Of a stretch of DNA of 64,000 nucleotides, positions 51,434 to 64,000 are shown one piece after another. Origin of the DNA: Octopus sinensis (lineage: Eukaryota); contig NC_043003.1 of the NCBI RefSeq assembly GCF_006345805.1, forward strand, positions 19,034,001 to 19,098,000, given 5' to 3'. Under the pieces are notes generated by a model. It was not told the origin of the DNA, ran no database searches, and saw only the letters and a program-made list of their open reading frames with translations. Each line of letters opens with the position of its first letter. The stretch's first letter is position 1. Both the position numbers and the translations under genes were made by a program.

Positions 51434-52729
51434 TACTCTTCATGTTATATAATTTAGAAAGATTTGAATTTCATTTCATATAGATACAGGTAACAAACCG
51501 AATTGCCAGAGAGAGAAAATTAGTCTCCTTTGTAGAAGTTTTATTAGTTTACATCTGATAATATACCTTTGATGTTGCTAATCAGCAGATTTGCAATATT
51601 TTAATCTATTTTTTATATAAATATTTTTCTTTTTTTTTTCTTTTAGTTTTAGCTTTTATATTTGTTCATGTTTATCTTAAGATGAGTGTTCCTAATTATT
51701 CAAACGCAGATTTCTTCATGTAAAAATATGTACATGCATAAAATGCTTGGTCACATACACATGTAAGTGACCAACATTTGGTACTGTGCAAAAGCTAGTA
51801 TAGGAATTGCATGTACACTCTGTGTGTGTGTGTGTGTAGCTTAGCAAAATGTTTAAGTTCACTTCAAAATCTTGTACCTGCTTTAATCCCTGACATCTTG
51901 AGCATGGGTCTTTTACCTATAGTCTTTATGTTTACATTGTACAAGGGTAGAAATAATAGAGAAACAGTCAATACCTTTACATTTTGAGCTGAAAATTCTT
52001 GCCAGGATAATTTTGGCATTTCATGCTCCTGGGATCATTAAAATAGATACCAATAGGATTTTAATCAGGCAAGTGTCTTCTGCCATAGTATTATGTCAGT
52101 CATAGCTCACTAACAAAATTTGATAAAAGGAAACTGTATAGAAGCCCATGAGACGGACCATACTTGTTCATGGGTGATAGATTTAACCCATTACTCGGTC
52201 AAATGTAATGCTTATTTATTCATACTGTTTTGAACTTATGTATTATTTCATAGTTATGTGATTTTGATGATCTGATTGTTTATTCTTAGAATGACATTGT
52301 AGGGTAGGTGTGAGAGACCAAATGTGGCAGTTTGAAAATAAAACAGATACAATATTTGGGCTTGATATGGTCAGTTTAAATCCTAAAGTGTTAAGCTGTC
52401 ATCCAGTTTAGCACCACCTCCTGGCCCTTGAAAGTGGTTTAGTAAAGTCCATTGTATTTGAAGAAATTGAGCCATATCTTTGGTTTTAGAATAACTTCTG
52501 GTTTTCCTCTCACCAGTCTTGGAAGCCCTAAAAAGGCCATAGGTACAGTGATTGGTAAATCCTCTGATTTACCAGATTTACCAGTGATTGGCAGCTATAT
52601 GCTGGTTTTTGGTAATGAGATTGTGTAGAAAAACATGAATGGCATGATGTGTGAAGAGGGGGTGGTAAGAAGGAGACAGGATAATGGAAGTTAGGAAAAG
52701 TGATGCATATTAACAATTAGTGAAGGTGT

Positions 52730-52768
<39 letters not shown>

Positions 52769-53094
52769 AATGAAGGATATCAATAAAGATAAGAGAATGG
52801 GGAGAGAAAGAGTGTGATGGCTAGTAGCATGGTAGAGAATATGCTGGACATTGAATATGAACAGTGCACAAGTGTTCATGTTAGAGAGGAGAGGTAGAAA
52901 TAAAAAGGCTGATTATGATGAAAAGAGTGTGAGATTGGATACAAGTAGATCCGGCATCATCCCTTGCTACACAGATGGTGTAATACAGTGGTAGAGGGGA
53001 GAGGTTGAGTGTTAGATATGAGGGGAACTAAGAAAAAGGAGGAGAGCAGAGGTTTTATTTAAGAGGAGCTTAGTAGGCAAGATACATACTCTTT

Positions 53095-53314
53095 TACTCC
53101 CTCTTTTACTCTTTTACTTGTTTCAGTCATTTGACTGCAGCCATGCTGGAGCACCGCCTTTAGTCGAGCAAACCGACCCCGGGACTTATTCTTTGTAAGC
53201 CCAGTACTTATTCTATCGGTCTCTTTTGCCAAACCGCTAAGTGACGGGGACGTAAACACACCAGCGTCGGTTGTCAAGCAATGTTAGGGGGACAAACACA
53301 GACACACGAACATG

Positions 53315-53352
<38 letters not shown>

Positions 53353-53516
53353 CGACAGGCTTCTTTCAGTTTCCGTCTACCAAATCCACTCACAAGGCAT
53401 TGGTCGGCCCGAGGCTATAGCAGAAGACACTTGCCCAAGGTGCCACACAGTGGGACTGAACCCGGAACCATGTGGTTGGTAAGCAAGCTACTTACCACAC
53501 AGCCACTCCTGCGCCT
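53095..53516 (-). mobile_element. SINE family A, minus copy (others 26860-27003, 27610-27796, 54165-54540)
   Basis: Reverse complement of the 620-1000 and 61422-61830 copies. Confidence 0.9.
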
Positions 53517-53585
53517 AAAATACATGATGTATTTTATATTATACATCCTAGCCGTCACATTTTACATCTGTTTTTCCATGTTTAG

Positions 53586-53624
53586 GTGAATCTTCTGCAG
53601 CACTGCATATCACCACTTGTCACG
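53586..53624 (+). CDS. C2CD5: Candidate 39-nt cassette exon (phase 1-1): GESSAALHITTCH
   Basis: ctgtttttccatgtttag acceptor, weak cg/gtttgt donor, frame-preserving. Confidence 0.35.
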
Positions 53625-55605
53625 GTTTGTTGTCGCTTCCTTGTGCGGTTCAGCTTCCTGAGAGCAGATTTAACCCCATATCTGTCTATCTTTGTGTACA
53701 CACACACACACCGACATTTTAGCAGTGTTTGATTTCCATACACAAATTTATTATGGTGTAAACTCAAAGGTTTTACCATCATTTCACTTCTATATGTTTG
53801 TGACCATCCAGTATATCTAATTAAATTTTAATTTTAATTAGCTTACATATGCAATGATAGCTAAAATCTTAAGGTTTTCCTGTAGTTCATATGTAATACA
53901 CACACACACACACACAACACACGTGCACAAAAGTGTTATGTTCCATTCAATTTTCCAGGCTAACATGGGTGGTGCAGGTTTTCTTAGGCAGTGTTTCATG
54001 GCTGGGTGCCCTTCCTTCCACTAACCCTATCCCTTTTAATCACTCTGACAAATAGGAACATATAAACCTATGTCTACCTTGAGTTACACCCCTAAAAAGT
54101 GAATTGTGCTGATGTGGTGTAGCATCATATAACAATTTGTATTGTATCTGATTTTGTCTCACTTCTTTACTTGTAGTCATTAGACTATGGCCTTGTTGGG
54201 GCACTGCCTTGAAGAATTTTTAATCATACAATTCAACCCCTGTACTTATTTTTATTTTAAGCCTGGTAGTTATTCTGTTGGTCTCTTTTGCTGAACCACT
54301 AAGTTACAAGGATGTAAGCACACCAACACCTGTTCTCAAGTGGTGGTTGGGGACAAACACTGATACACACACATATGTTTATATGATGGGCTTCTTTCAG
54401 TTTCCATCTACCAAATCCACTCACAAGTCTTTGGTTGGCTCAAGGTTATAGTAGAAAACACTTGCCCAAGGTGCCATGCAACGGGACTGAACCCAGAACC
54501 ATGTGGTTTGGAAGCAGTCTTCGTACCATACAGCCACGCCTAGTCCTAGAGATTGTATTATAGTGTAATAAAGTACTACACCAATGGGCTAATGCTCTCA
54601 TCTTCTAAATACAATGATCATACACATAAGCTCTCTCTCTCTTGTGTATGTGTGTGTGTGTGTGTGTGTGTATGAGTGCATATGCCGTAATACATTAAGT
54701 TTCTTTTTATATTTCATCATTTTAGCTTTATTTCTCAAACATGAACTGCAGTTCCTGTAATTACTCAAATGTCATTTTAGAGAGAAAAAAAAAAAAAACA
54801 TTTCGTCAATTGATAGTAACTAAAAGTGATTACTGGGTAAAATGAAAATATTTCATACTTTGTTATTTCCACAGATAAAAACAAAAAAAAAACCCAACAA
54901 AAATTAAATTAAAATAAAGAAAAAACTATTGATGATGATGACGATGATGATGATATTAATAATAATAATAATAAGTTTTTGCTGTTTTCCTGTTGAACTT
55001 GAATAGTTTCAGTGGTTAGGCTTAGCCTTCTGTCTTCCGGAACCATCCACCCTCCGATGCATTTGCCAACTGCTGATAACGTTACCAAGTTTTTGCTGTT
55101 AGTCTCACAATACGTTCCAATACATAAACATACACATATGCACACATACATACATACATAAATGCATGGACATGTGGACTCACAAATAAACATACACATA
55201 TAGACATGCATGTAAAATACCCACACAAATTACACAATCACTCACGCATTTACATTTACTCACACTCGCATACACACTAACACACGTGCAAATATATGTC
55301 TAGAAATGCTTGCCTCTCTTGAATGTTATACAAGATACATTTTTTTTTTTTGGTCAGTATAATTTGATTCAGAATTGTTTTTTTTTTGTTTTTTTTCCAC
55401 ACCCCTCTATTTTTTTTTTCATACTTTCTCTCTCTCTCTCTCTCTCTTTCTTTCTCTTTCTCGCTCCTCTCCGTATTCCTCTCTTCCACCGAACACACAT
55501 CTCCCCTCCCTGACAACCTTTCATTTTTAGTGTTTTATATTTGTTGATGCCTTCATTTTGTCTTTAGTTAAGTTGAATTTTGGCTTGATTTGCTGTGACT
55601 CGCAG

Positions 55606-55727
55606 GGGGTAGTCTGACAGGAAGCAGTGGGAGTGGGAGTGGAACTGGAGTCCTGAGTGGAATTTCTGGGAGAGCGGCAGGACACAAACCAGGGATGCCG
55701 CAACAACAGCCAACCATTGACATGTTG
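55606..55727 (+). CDS. C2CD5: C2CD5 exon (phase 1-0): GSLTGSSGSGSGTGVLSGISGRAAGHKPGMPQQQPTIDML
   Basis: tcgcag acceptor, ttg/gtaagc donor. Bridges the phases of the flanking exons and is positionally equivalent to recalled vertebrate GMGSGSAGKEGG...QQTQSALEQ. Confidence 0.88.
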
Positions 55728-55753
55728 GTAAGCCCTGCTGTTTTTTGTCTTTT

Positions 55754-55846
<93 letters not shown>

Positions 55847-56400
55847 TTTTTGTATTCTGCTTATATTTGTTTTTCTACATATTTTGAAACCTTACATAAT
55901 GTTAGTAACAATTATAATTATATTACTTATAATTCTCTGTGTTTGTTGATTGGTGGAATTTGTTAGATCATTGGACAAAATGCCATATTATTTAGTTATA
56001 GTCCTTTACATTTTGAGGTCAAATCTTGCCGAAGTCAGCTTTACCTTAGATCCTTCCATGATGGATAAAATAAACTATCAGTCAGGTACTGGAGTCAATA
56101 TAATCAACACTTCTTTCCTCTGTGTTTTCTGACCTTGTGCCTTTGTTGCAAATTATTATTATTATTATTATTATATTAAGATGATGAGCTGGCAGAATCA
56201 TTAACACACCAGGCAAAATGCTTAGTGGTATTACACCCATCGCTACGTTCTGAGTTCAAATTCCACAATGGTCGATTTTGTCTTTCATCCTTTTGGAGTC
56301 AATTAAATAAGTACCACTTACTCACTGGGGTCAATGTAATCGACTTAATCCCTTCCTCCAAATTTGAGGCTTTGTGTAGAAAGGATGATTATTATTATTA

Positions 56401-56436
<36 letters not shown>

Positions 56437-56447
56437 TATTATTATTA

Positions 56448-56733
56448 TGTGGAGGCGCAATGGCCTAGTGGTTAGGGCAGCGGACTCGCGGTCGCAGGAT
56501 CGCGGTTTTGATTCCCAGACCGGGCGTTGTGTGTGTTTATTGAGCGAAAACACCTAATAGCTCCACAAGGCTCCGGCAGGGGGTGGTGATCCCTGCTGTA
56601 CTCTTTCACCACTCTTTCTTCTATTGGCCTGCTCGCTTAGCCAGCGGGGTGGTGTCATTCAAAGGCTAAAACAATGCGAACGCATTGTGACCAGCGATGT
56701 GTAACAACATCTGATGGTCTGGTCGGTCACGTG
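56448..56733 (+). mobile_element. Young tRNA-derived SINE family B (also 31602-31897; 30150-30530 with a different tail; tail fragment 31125-31296)
   Basis: ggcgcaatggcctagtggttagggcagcggactcgcggtcgcaggatcgcggtt(t/c)gattccc tRNA-like head; high identity between copies. Confidence 0.9.
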
Positions 56734-56766
<33 letters not shown>

Positions 56767-59700
56767 AGGTGGCAAGTTGGCAGAATTGTTAGCGTGCCAA
56801 ACAAAATGCCGTGTGACTTTTCTTCCAGCTTTACATTTTGAGTTCAAATTCTGCTGAGGTCAACTTTGCCTTTCATCGTTTTCATGTTGATAAAATAAGT
56901 ACTAGTTGAGCTCTGAGGTTGATGTAATCGACTAATCCCCTCCCACAAAATTTCAGGCCTTGTACCTGTAGTAAAAAAGATCATCGTTATTATTAAGAGT
57001 GGTTGACTGGCAGAATCAGCAATGTCAGACTTGTTATGGTATTAATATAAAGCCCTTTACATTTCCAGTAGAAATCTTGAAAATGTCAACTGCTTTTAAT
57101 TGTTCTGGGTAAAGGCCACACATTGAGAAGTGGTTGGCATTAGGAAGGGCATCCAGCTGTAGAAACCAATCCAAATCAGACTGGAACCTGGTGCCGCTCT
57201 CCAGCTTTTGAGCTCTGGTCAAACTGTCCAGCCCATGCCAGCATGGAAAATGGATGTTACCGGATGATGATGATGATGATGCGTCAGTAATATGAGGTTC
57301 CTTTTGAGTACTGCTATTTATCTCTGCCACTAGATCATTCTCTCCCCATCTTCTAAATATGACTATCTGTATAGCTTCTCTACAACATGAAACCTGCTCT
57401 TTCCCCTTCTCTCATACTTTTAACCCCTCATCCCACATCATTCATCATCATTGTTCGACTGTGGTTGAGACAATGGAATTTACTGTTACGCCAGACTTCA
57501 CGGTCCATCATAGCATTACGGAGGTCCTGTTGCTGGATGTCTGTACCCCTGGAGATTACATCAGATTACATCTCACAGCATACCCCACCCTTTTAATGTC
57601 CACGTTTCATGCTAGGAGAGGTTAGAGGATTTAACAGGATACAAGGAATCCAAGGACTGCGTTGTGCTCCCTTATCTTTCTTGGCATGCTTTCTATGGCT
57701 CGATGCCCTTCTTAATGCCAACCCTCTCACAGTATCTACTGGACATGGTTTTTCTTTGTGCCGCCAGCACTAGTGAGGCTACCAGACCCTCAGAATATGA
57801 TGAGCAGAGGCAGACATCACAAATGCATCCTATCGAATTCTGTAATGACTCTGCCACTTTTCCAAAAATAAAAAAATGCCAATTAATAACAAGGTTGTTA
57901 ATTATTAATTAATAATATAATATTCTAGCAGTGGTTTTCTTTGGTTTGTTTTGTTTTTATGTTAATGTATTTCTGCTTCTGTGTAAATGTAAAATAAAAG
58001 GATGTTGTTTTTTATGTTTTTGCTATCCCTTAGGAGGGTCAATAACAGAAAATAAGAAAAATTGGAAAACAAAGTTTTTTTTATGGTTAACATTTTGATT
58101 TGTTTTTAGTGTTTATTTTAAATATTAAAAATGTCTTAAGATGAATCATAGTCCAGAACAGGTATTAAAGCACTCACACTCAATATATTTAATGTTAAAT
58201 AAGTGACATCCATCATTTCCAATCTTCTATGAAAACATGTCTGCTCATGGGAAAATATTACCTTACTTAAAAACGGGTAATGGTTGGTGACAGAAAGAGC
58301 ATCCAGCTGTAGAAAACCTGCTTCAGCTAATTCCATTTGATCCATGCAAGCATGGAAAGGGGACATTAAAACGATGATGAGATAGTCGAGCCAATAAGGA
58401 AGTCTCCAAAGTGGTTGCTTAGTCTGTTAGAAATAGCAGTCAAATTTCACTCCCATTTAACAAGAAAAGAAAAGGACACATTTGATAAAGTTGAGTCAGA
58501 TACATTTTATCTGAGAAGAAAGACAGACAGGTTACAGCTGAAGCATGTTTGGTCATTGGTTTTCTCAATCAGGGATGATGTGAGCCAAAACAACAATAAT
58601 GTCTTAAATGTTTTAATATTTCAGTTAATTATTTTAAGGACGTCTGAAATCATTTTCAGTGAGGCTTCCTCACAGTTTTCACTTTCTAAACTAGAATGGA
58701 TAGCAATACATCCAAAATGTTATCTTGCAATAAAAATGCTCAGAAATGGAGAAGGATCTCTTCCCATCTCTTTCTCTTTGTACTTATTAAATCATACAAG
58801 CGGTGTGCCCTGGTGACCAGTTATTAAAAGGGAGGCAGTTACTCCTAGATAAATCAAACCAGAATTAGAATTTTGAATTCTAAATCAAGAAACCTGGAAG
58901 AAGATGCATTGCTGTATGATGGTAACTCATGGCGGCAAACTGGCAGAAATGTTAGCACACCGGGTGAAATACTTAGCAGTATTTCGTCTGCCATTACGTT
59001 CTGAGTTCAAATTCCGCCAAGGTCGACTTTGCCTTTCATCCTTTCGGGGTCGATTAAATAAGTACCAGTTACGCACTGGGGTCGATGTAATCGACTTAAT
59101 CTCCTTGTCTGTCCTTGTTTGTTCCCTGTATGTTTAGCTCCTTGTGGGCAATAAAGAAATAAGAAATAAGATCATCATAAAATTTTAAAATTGTAGGTGT
59201 AATACTTTGCTTTTTCTTTTCTTTTTTCCCATTTTTTTGTTTTTGTTGTTGTTTGTATTGTGTCTGCTAGATTATAATTCTAGACCCGTAACAAAAACAG
59301 TTGATTACAGTGTTTCCGGAGCATGGCAGAGAATAAATTAATAACTGTTTATTGAATGTGTGTTTGTATCCATATTAGCCTGGCTTCTGTCCTTTGAACT
59401 GTCCAGCGTTGGAGGCCCTACCAAGAGCTTGCCCTCTGCTGGCATAGGTCACAGGGTCATTGAAGCACTCATGCCCCCACACTGCAATGAGGACTGGACC
59501 TTGATGTAGAACATGGGGTTTTAACCATAAACAATCTTCATAACAAAATTGATGGCATAACTATCATTCCCATCCCTAATCATCAATTTTACACTCTAGT
59601 TTTCACTTGTAAAACTCTCTAAATTGGCCATGCCAGGCGTGACCTTAACAGAGGATGCTATCAACAAAACGTGATGCCATATGACCTAGTGGTTAGGGTA

Positions 59701-59912
59701 TTACATTCATGATTGTAAGATTATAGTTTTGATTCTTGAGCCAGGCGGTGCGTTGTGTTCTTGAGCAAAATGCTTTATTTCATGTTACTCCAGTCCACTC
59801 AGTTGTAAATAAGTTTCAACAATAACTGGGAAGTTAACCTTGTGATGGACCAGTGTCCTGTACAGGAGGGAGTGTTTTAATCTCAATCGCATATACATTT
59901 TTGGAAACTGGA

Positions 59913-60142
59913 TTAACCCTTTAGCATTTAAACCGGCCATATCCGGCCAAAAGTATTCTGCCTGTTTTATGTTCAAACTGGCCAGATCTGGTCTCTCACA
60001 CCAGCCCTACAATGTCGTTTTAAAAATTAACAGCTACCTCATCAAAATCTCATAGCTACAAGATTAATGCATGATTAGTTCAAAACAATGTGGGTAAAAA
60101 AGCGTTAATTTTGGCAGAAAAATGCGAACACTAAAGGGTTAA
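59913..60142. mobile_element. piggyBac-like MITE family P1 (also 7452-7807 split by a SINE, 24242-24466, 26240-26465, 37375-37603, 52186-52396)
   Basis: TTAA-ccctttag...ctaaaggg-TTAA termini; internal sequence shared across copies. Confidence 0.8.
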
Positions 60143-60415
60143 GCTCCAGTCTTAGGAGTCCTAAGGCTCATCACGACAGACAGCTATGAACCAAACTGAT
60201 ATTGATGTTTCCAGGACATCAGTTGCTGTTAGTGTTACCCATCCTGTTTACAGTATCTCAACAGGAGGGTTTGAGCATTGAACTACATAATGAAACACTT
60301 GTTTCTTCTGTAGTATCCCTACTGGTTACATTAGCCAGCCATGCATAGCTAAGTGGACTGAACAATGATCTATCTCTCCTGATGACATTTGACTTACAGT
60401 GGTACAGTCCATCTA

Positions 60416-60645
60416 AAGGCGGCGAGCTGGCAGAATCGTTAGCATGCAGGGCGAAATGCTTTGCGGTATTTCGTCTGCCGCTGTTCTGAGTTCAAATTCT
60501 GCCAAGGTCGACTTTGCCTTTTATCCTTTCGGGGTCGATTAAATAAGTACCAGTTACGCACTGGGTCAATATAATCAACTTAATCAGTTTGTCTATCCTT
60601 GTTTGTCCTCTCTGTGTTTAGCCCCTTGTGGGTAGTAAAGAAATA
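60416..60645 (+). mobile_element. Family-M SINE, alternative-tail subfamily with TSD (also 22780-22980, 43493-43730, 58930-59165, 62603-62830)
   Basis: 15-bp TSD ggtacagtccatcta. The 62603 copy has a 16-bp TSD aatttattaccaatta. Confidence 0.9.
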
Positions 60646-61219
60646 GGTACAGTCCATCTAATTATAAATGGTTACTTTTGTGAGCTAAATTTCTCTTGTG
60701 TATGTTATATAGCAACTATTGAAGCTATGTATTGTTTGGCAAATGTTTCATTCACTTACAGCCATCATCATTTGTCCATTTTCCATGTTGTTATGGGTTG
60801 GACAGTCCATCACAATTTGATTTAGTTCTTGTTTGGAGACCTCTTAGATAGGTCAAAGAACCAAACCTCACTTGGACGTCTCAGTTTTAGTACTGTTTCT
60901 ATGACTGAATGCCCTTCCTAACACCAACCACTTTACAGAGGGTACTGGGTGCCTTTCATTACAGCACCAGCATCAGAGAAGTAGCCATTCTCTTGAACCT
61001 ACAGTCTTGAGGTCAAAGTTTTTCATGAACAAAACTTACAATAGATTAGTGTATTATCTAGTCTAGAGTTGAGCTGCCATAATGCTCACCACATCATGAT
61101 ACTTTCTCATAACTACAGTAAATGGAAAATAAAGTGTCCACACTAAACGATGATGGTTTACTTCTTTGTTATTGCTACCATTATTATTAATATTGTTATT
61201 TTTATTGTCTGTGTTATAG

Positions 61220-61328
61220 GAGTATCCTTTTTTCACCATGAAAACCTTTCCTCCTGCATTCATTGTTCACTTAGGAGGTGTTGTGTCAGCAAAATCTGTT
61301 AAATTGCTGGATAAAATTCATAATCCTG
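61220..61328 (+). CDS. C2CD5: C2CD5 exon (phase 0-1): EYPFFTMKTFPPAFIVHLGGVVSAKSVKLLDKIHNP
   Basis: ttatag acceptor, gtaagt donor. Matches recalled EFPFFTLTAFPPGFLVHVGGVVSARSVKLLDRIHNP. Confidence 0.95.
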
Positions 61329-62569
61329 GTAAGTTTCAAATGGTTTCAGCTTAGTTCTTTTTTTTTTTAATCTCAAAATATAATTTTGCCTCTGAGATAA
61401 AATGAACATATACATACATATAGGCGCAGGAGTGGCTGTGTGGTAAGTAGCTTGCTAACCAATCACATGGTTCCGGGTTCAGTCCTACTGCGTGGCATCT
61501 TGGGCAAGTGTCTTCTGCTATAGCCTTGGGCCGACCAAAGCCTTGTGAGTGGATTTGGTAGACGGAAACTGAAAGAAGCCTGTCGTATATATGTATATAT
61601 ATGTATGTATGTGTGTGTTTGTGTGTCTGTGTTTGACCCCTAGCATTGCTTGACAACCGATGCTGGTGTGTTTACGTCCCCGTCACTTAGTGGTTCGGCA
61701 AAAGAGACCGATAGAATAAGTACTGGGCTTACAAAGAATAAGTCCCGGGGTCGATTTGCTTGACTAAAAAAAAGGCGGTGCTCCAGCATGGCCGCAGTCA
61801 AATGACTGAAACAAGTAAAAGAGAAAAAAAGAGAAAGAGAATACACACACATATTTTGTTTTGCTTTTGCTAAATGTCTAAAACTCAAAATGATTCGTTA
61901 GTACAACGGATTCTAGGACAGCCAATGTTTTGATTGACATTGTTGTGTCTCACACCTCCCAGAGGCATCCCAGACTGATGAAACCAACAAGAATTCGAAG
62001 CTCTTGTTCATAACTTCTGCAAATAAACAGTTTCCTGATTCATGCTGATATTTACCAACCAATAATAAATCCTCTTTTGCATGGTGAACAGCAAGAATGG
62101 AAACAATAACTTGCATTTTTATTTTTAATAAATTCTGGCATGTTCAAGTGTGAAGACGCTAATTGCCATTGTGTTCATAATGCTAATGGGTCGAGTGTGT
62201 TTTGATCACACATTTGTTACAAAGTACTTATTCTCTTATGATGAAACACAACAGTGATTAGCATATTCACAGTTGAATTTGCCAGAGCATATTAAGAATA
62301 AATATGTAGGCACGTAAAAAACACCATTTGAGCATGGCCATTCCCAGTACCGCCTGACTGGTCCTCGTGCCGGTGGTATGTAAAAGCACCCACTACACTC
62401 TCGAAGTGGTTGGCGTTAGGAAGGGTGTCCAGCTGTAGAAACTTTGCCAGATCAAGATTGGAGCCTGATGCAGCCATCTGGTTCGCCAGTCTTCAGTCAA
62501 ATTGTCCAACCCTTGCTAGCATGGAAAGCAGACGTTAAACGATGATGATGATCATCATCATCATCATTT

Positions 62570-63125
62570 TGATTCTTGCACATGACAATTTATTACCAAT
62601 TAAAGGCGGCGAGCTGACAGAATCATTAGCATGCCGGGCAAAATACTTAGCAGTATTTAATTTGCCGTTACAGTCTGAGTTCAAATTCTGCTGAGGTCAG
62701 CTTTGCCTTTCATCCTTTTGGGGTTGATTAAATAAGTACCAGATGCGCACTGGGATTGATGTAATCGATTTAATCTGTTTGTCTGTCTTGTTTGTCCCCT
62801 TTACATTTAGCCCCCTGTGGGCAATAAAGAAATTTATTACCAATTAGCAGTTATCAGCATGAATCAACAAATAATTTGCTTGCTGAAATTATAAACAAGA
62901 GCCACAAATTCTTGTTAAATTCATTAGTCCAGGATGCCTTTAGCTGACGAGACGCCACAATGTTGAAACACTGAGTGTCCCAGAGTCCATTTATGCTAAG
63001 GAATCAAATATGTTATGAGCACATTCATTATAAAGAAGTTGTTCTGTGATGAAACAGCAGGGATTAGTATATTAACATTTGAATCTGTTGGATTGTATTA
63101 AGAATAAATATGAAAGTCATTATTT
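62570..63125 (+). mobile_element. Old hammerhead-bearing interspersed repeat (copies 43215-43480 +, 61912-62100 -, 62180-62300 partial +)
   Basis: Roughly 70% identity among copies by eye. The hammerhead lies centrally; this copy is interrupted by a family-M SINE. Confidence 0.75.
62938..62985 (+). ncRNA. Minimal type I hammerhead ribozyme, core intact, one A-C mismatch in stem I
   Basis: CTGACGA 62944-62950, stem II gacg/tgtt, GAAA 62965-62968, stem III acac/gtgt with tga loop, GUC cleavage after 62979, stem I ctttag/ccagag. Confidence 0.75.
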
Positions 63126-63427
63126 TGGTTCTTGCTCTTCACTGAACAGGTGATGATCTTTTAAGAATTATCTATTATAATGTTATTGTCCACTAAGAAC
63201 TTGGGTATTTCATCAATTGTCTGTTGAAGTAAGCAATGTGTTTGCTTTGTCTTGGAGCATGTATACCAAAGTTTTAATTCATCTTGATGTTTAGCAAGCT
63301 TCTTAATGCACCTACATCTGTGACTATATAGTAATTTATGTAACAATAAATATTAGGTTAACAGTACAAAGTGTTCTTCTACATGTTTTATATTATTTTC
63401 CTTTTTATTTTTTCCACCCACTTTTAG

Positions 63428-63542
63428 ATGAACCTGAGACGAGAGATGCTTGGTGGATTGAAATCCGTACCGAGATCCGTTCTCATTGTCGTTCAATGGG
63501 ATGTCATGCTGTGATAGGTTACAGTGAAATGTCTTCCATATG
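63428..63542 (+). CDS. C2CD5: C2CD5 exon (phase 1-2): DEPETRDAWWIEIRTEIRSHCRSMGCHAVIGYSEMSSI
   Basis: cttttag acceptor, gtgagc donor. Matches recalled DEPETRDAWWAEIRQEIKSHAKALGCHAVVGYSESTSI. Confidence 0.95.
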
Positions 63543-63754
63543 GTGAGCTTCTTATAATCTGCATGTCTCTGCATTCTTTATCCTTCTCATATGCTCTCAC
63601 TCTCCATATTTCCCTGCCTATATATAAATCATCATCATCATCATCGTTTAACGTCCGTTCTCCATGCTAGCTTGTAAATAGTAAGTGATTACTCCAAACA
63701 TTTACCAGTTTGTTCTTGGTTAGGTATATATAAAAAGAATTAAAGGTAATGCTA

Positions 63755-63955
63755 TGCCACTTCATAATAATCCTTATTATAGTTCTATATTTAAGAGATG
63801 AGGAATTATGTACATTATTTACATTTGACGGATATTTGTCCTCATCTTGTTTGTTGTTAACACGTTTCGGCTGATGTATCCTCCAGCTTTCATTAGATAT
63901 CTTGGGGGAAATTTCAAACCTGGGTTCTCATTTCTAAGGTATTTTTTTATTGTTG
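63755..63955 (-). mobile_element. Penelope-like terminal-repeat fragment with decayed hammerhead
   Basis: Minus strand CTAATGA-aagctg..cagcc-GAAACGTGTT. Adjacent sequence recurs at about 49110-49195. Confidence 0.5.
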
Positions 63956-64000
63956 TTCACTGCCTGGAATCGAACTCGGAATCTTGGGGTTAGTAGCGTG

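Noticed and set aside
63161-63346. Possible LINE RT fragment on the minus strand
   Set aside because: Only a vague LFSEEQ-like motif; not recognisable with confidence.

Overview
AT-rich, repeat-dense animal DNA, most likely an octopus judging from the SINE families (inferred from memory, not from a search). The whole window lies inside one + strand gene, C2CD5 (KIAA0528/CDP138). Five frame-compatible GT-AG exons are supported: 1425-1550, 35765-35913 (or 35012-35913), 55606-55727, 61220-61328 and 63428-63542; the gene starts and ends outside the window. The introns contain several tRNA-derived SINE families, MITEs, Helitron/Helentron-type elements, and relics of CR1, R4/Dong, Tc1/mariner and Penelope-like elements. 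Main observations: (1) seven minimal type I hammerhead-ribozyme-like motifs from at least four repeat families. Two lie in the sense strand of the pre-mRNA with all catalytic-core nucleotides intact (18298-18354, 62938-62985), and each has an antisense copy nearby that could mask it; one has an A-C mismatch in stem I that A-to-I editing would repair. (2) Nested in-frame 3' splice sites that could add a 251-aa poly-Thr/poly-Pro/poly-His insert to C2CD5, plus candidate microexons. (3) A composite palindrome-of-palindromes element present twice. No CRISPR array, rRNA or true tRNA gene is supported. Repeat boundaries are approximate (about +/-10 nt) and family names are recalled, not database-checked.
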